From positions 1 to 58,576 of IMG/VR virus record IMGVR_UViG_3300028287_000004: a DNA stretch of 58,576 nt; one strand, given 5' to 3'. This document shows, one piece after another, positions 58,320-58,576 of the stretch. Under the pieces are notes generated by a model. The model made no database searches and was not told the DNA's origin. It saw nothing but the letters and a program-made list of their open reading frames with translations. Source of the DNA: a virus (Duplodnaviria > Caudoviricetes). The first letter of the stretch is position 1; each line of letters opens with the position of its first letter. The position numbers and the translations under genes were made by a program.

Positions 58320-58576
58320 ATGACTAAAGATGAACTTCAAGTAATCCTAGAAAAACATAAGCTATGGCTTGAGGGTAATAAAGAAGGAGTTCGTGCTAAC
58401 TTAGAGGGTGCTAACTTGATGGATGCTGACTTGAGCTGCGCTAACTTGAGGGATGCTGACTTGAGTGGGGCTGACTTGAGGTATGTTGACTTGAGTGGTG
58501 CTAACTTAGAGAGTGCTGATCTTACTGGAGCTAAACTTGAGGGTGCAATAATGCAGGATTCTGTTTGGAGGAAGAA
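58320..58576 (+). CDS. Pentapeptide repeat protein (3' end runs off the window)
   Basis: MTKDELQVILEKHKLWL...ANLEG ANLMD ADLSC ANLRD ADLSG ADLRY; SD GGAG; not in the ORF track. Confidence 0.9.
   Translation, partial: MTKDELQVILEKHKLWLEGNKEGVRANLEGANLMDADLSCANLRDADLSGADLRYVDLSGANLESADLTGAKLEGAIMQDSVWRK

Noticed and set aside
1-58576. Stop-codon reassignment
   Set aside because: Core genes are full length in code 11, and TAA, TGA and TAG all terminate genes

Overview
An AT-rich, densely coding 58.6 kb segment of a large T4-like (gp23-type capsid, contractile tail) bacteriophage in genetic code 11. Left to right it holds: small ORFs; a stand-alone GIY-YIG nuclease; a ~670 bp non-coding interval; gp51-like and gp26-like baseplate hub genes (minus strand) divergent from a tape-measure-like gene; the head module (portal, acidic core protein, gp21 protease, gp22 scaffold, gp23); ~19 kb of mosaic fibre/appendage genes; an inverted gp14-gp15-Nudix block; a PhyH-type dioxygenase; gp13, dNMP kinase, sheath, tube, gp4 and terminases; then gp32, UvsX, QueD, UvsY, NrdAB, a methyltransferase and a partial pentapeptide-repeat gene. 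T4-type late promoters (NATAAATA) and intrinsic terminators are frequent. The most interesting locus is 604-2785. (1) A ~430 nt minus-strand element forms about 10 hairpins with many G-U pairs and two GNRA loops, i.e. a candidate large structured ncRNA directly upstream of the GIY-YIG gene. (2) Its 5' leader shares a 21-nt near-identity and GCTAATA repeats with the gp32 (SSB) leader 49 kb away. (3) gp26 and gp51 are joined by a canonical -1 slippery site, like the lambda G/GT tail chaperones. Product calls come from motif recognition and synteny only; no database searches were run.
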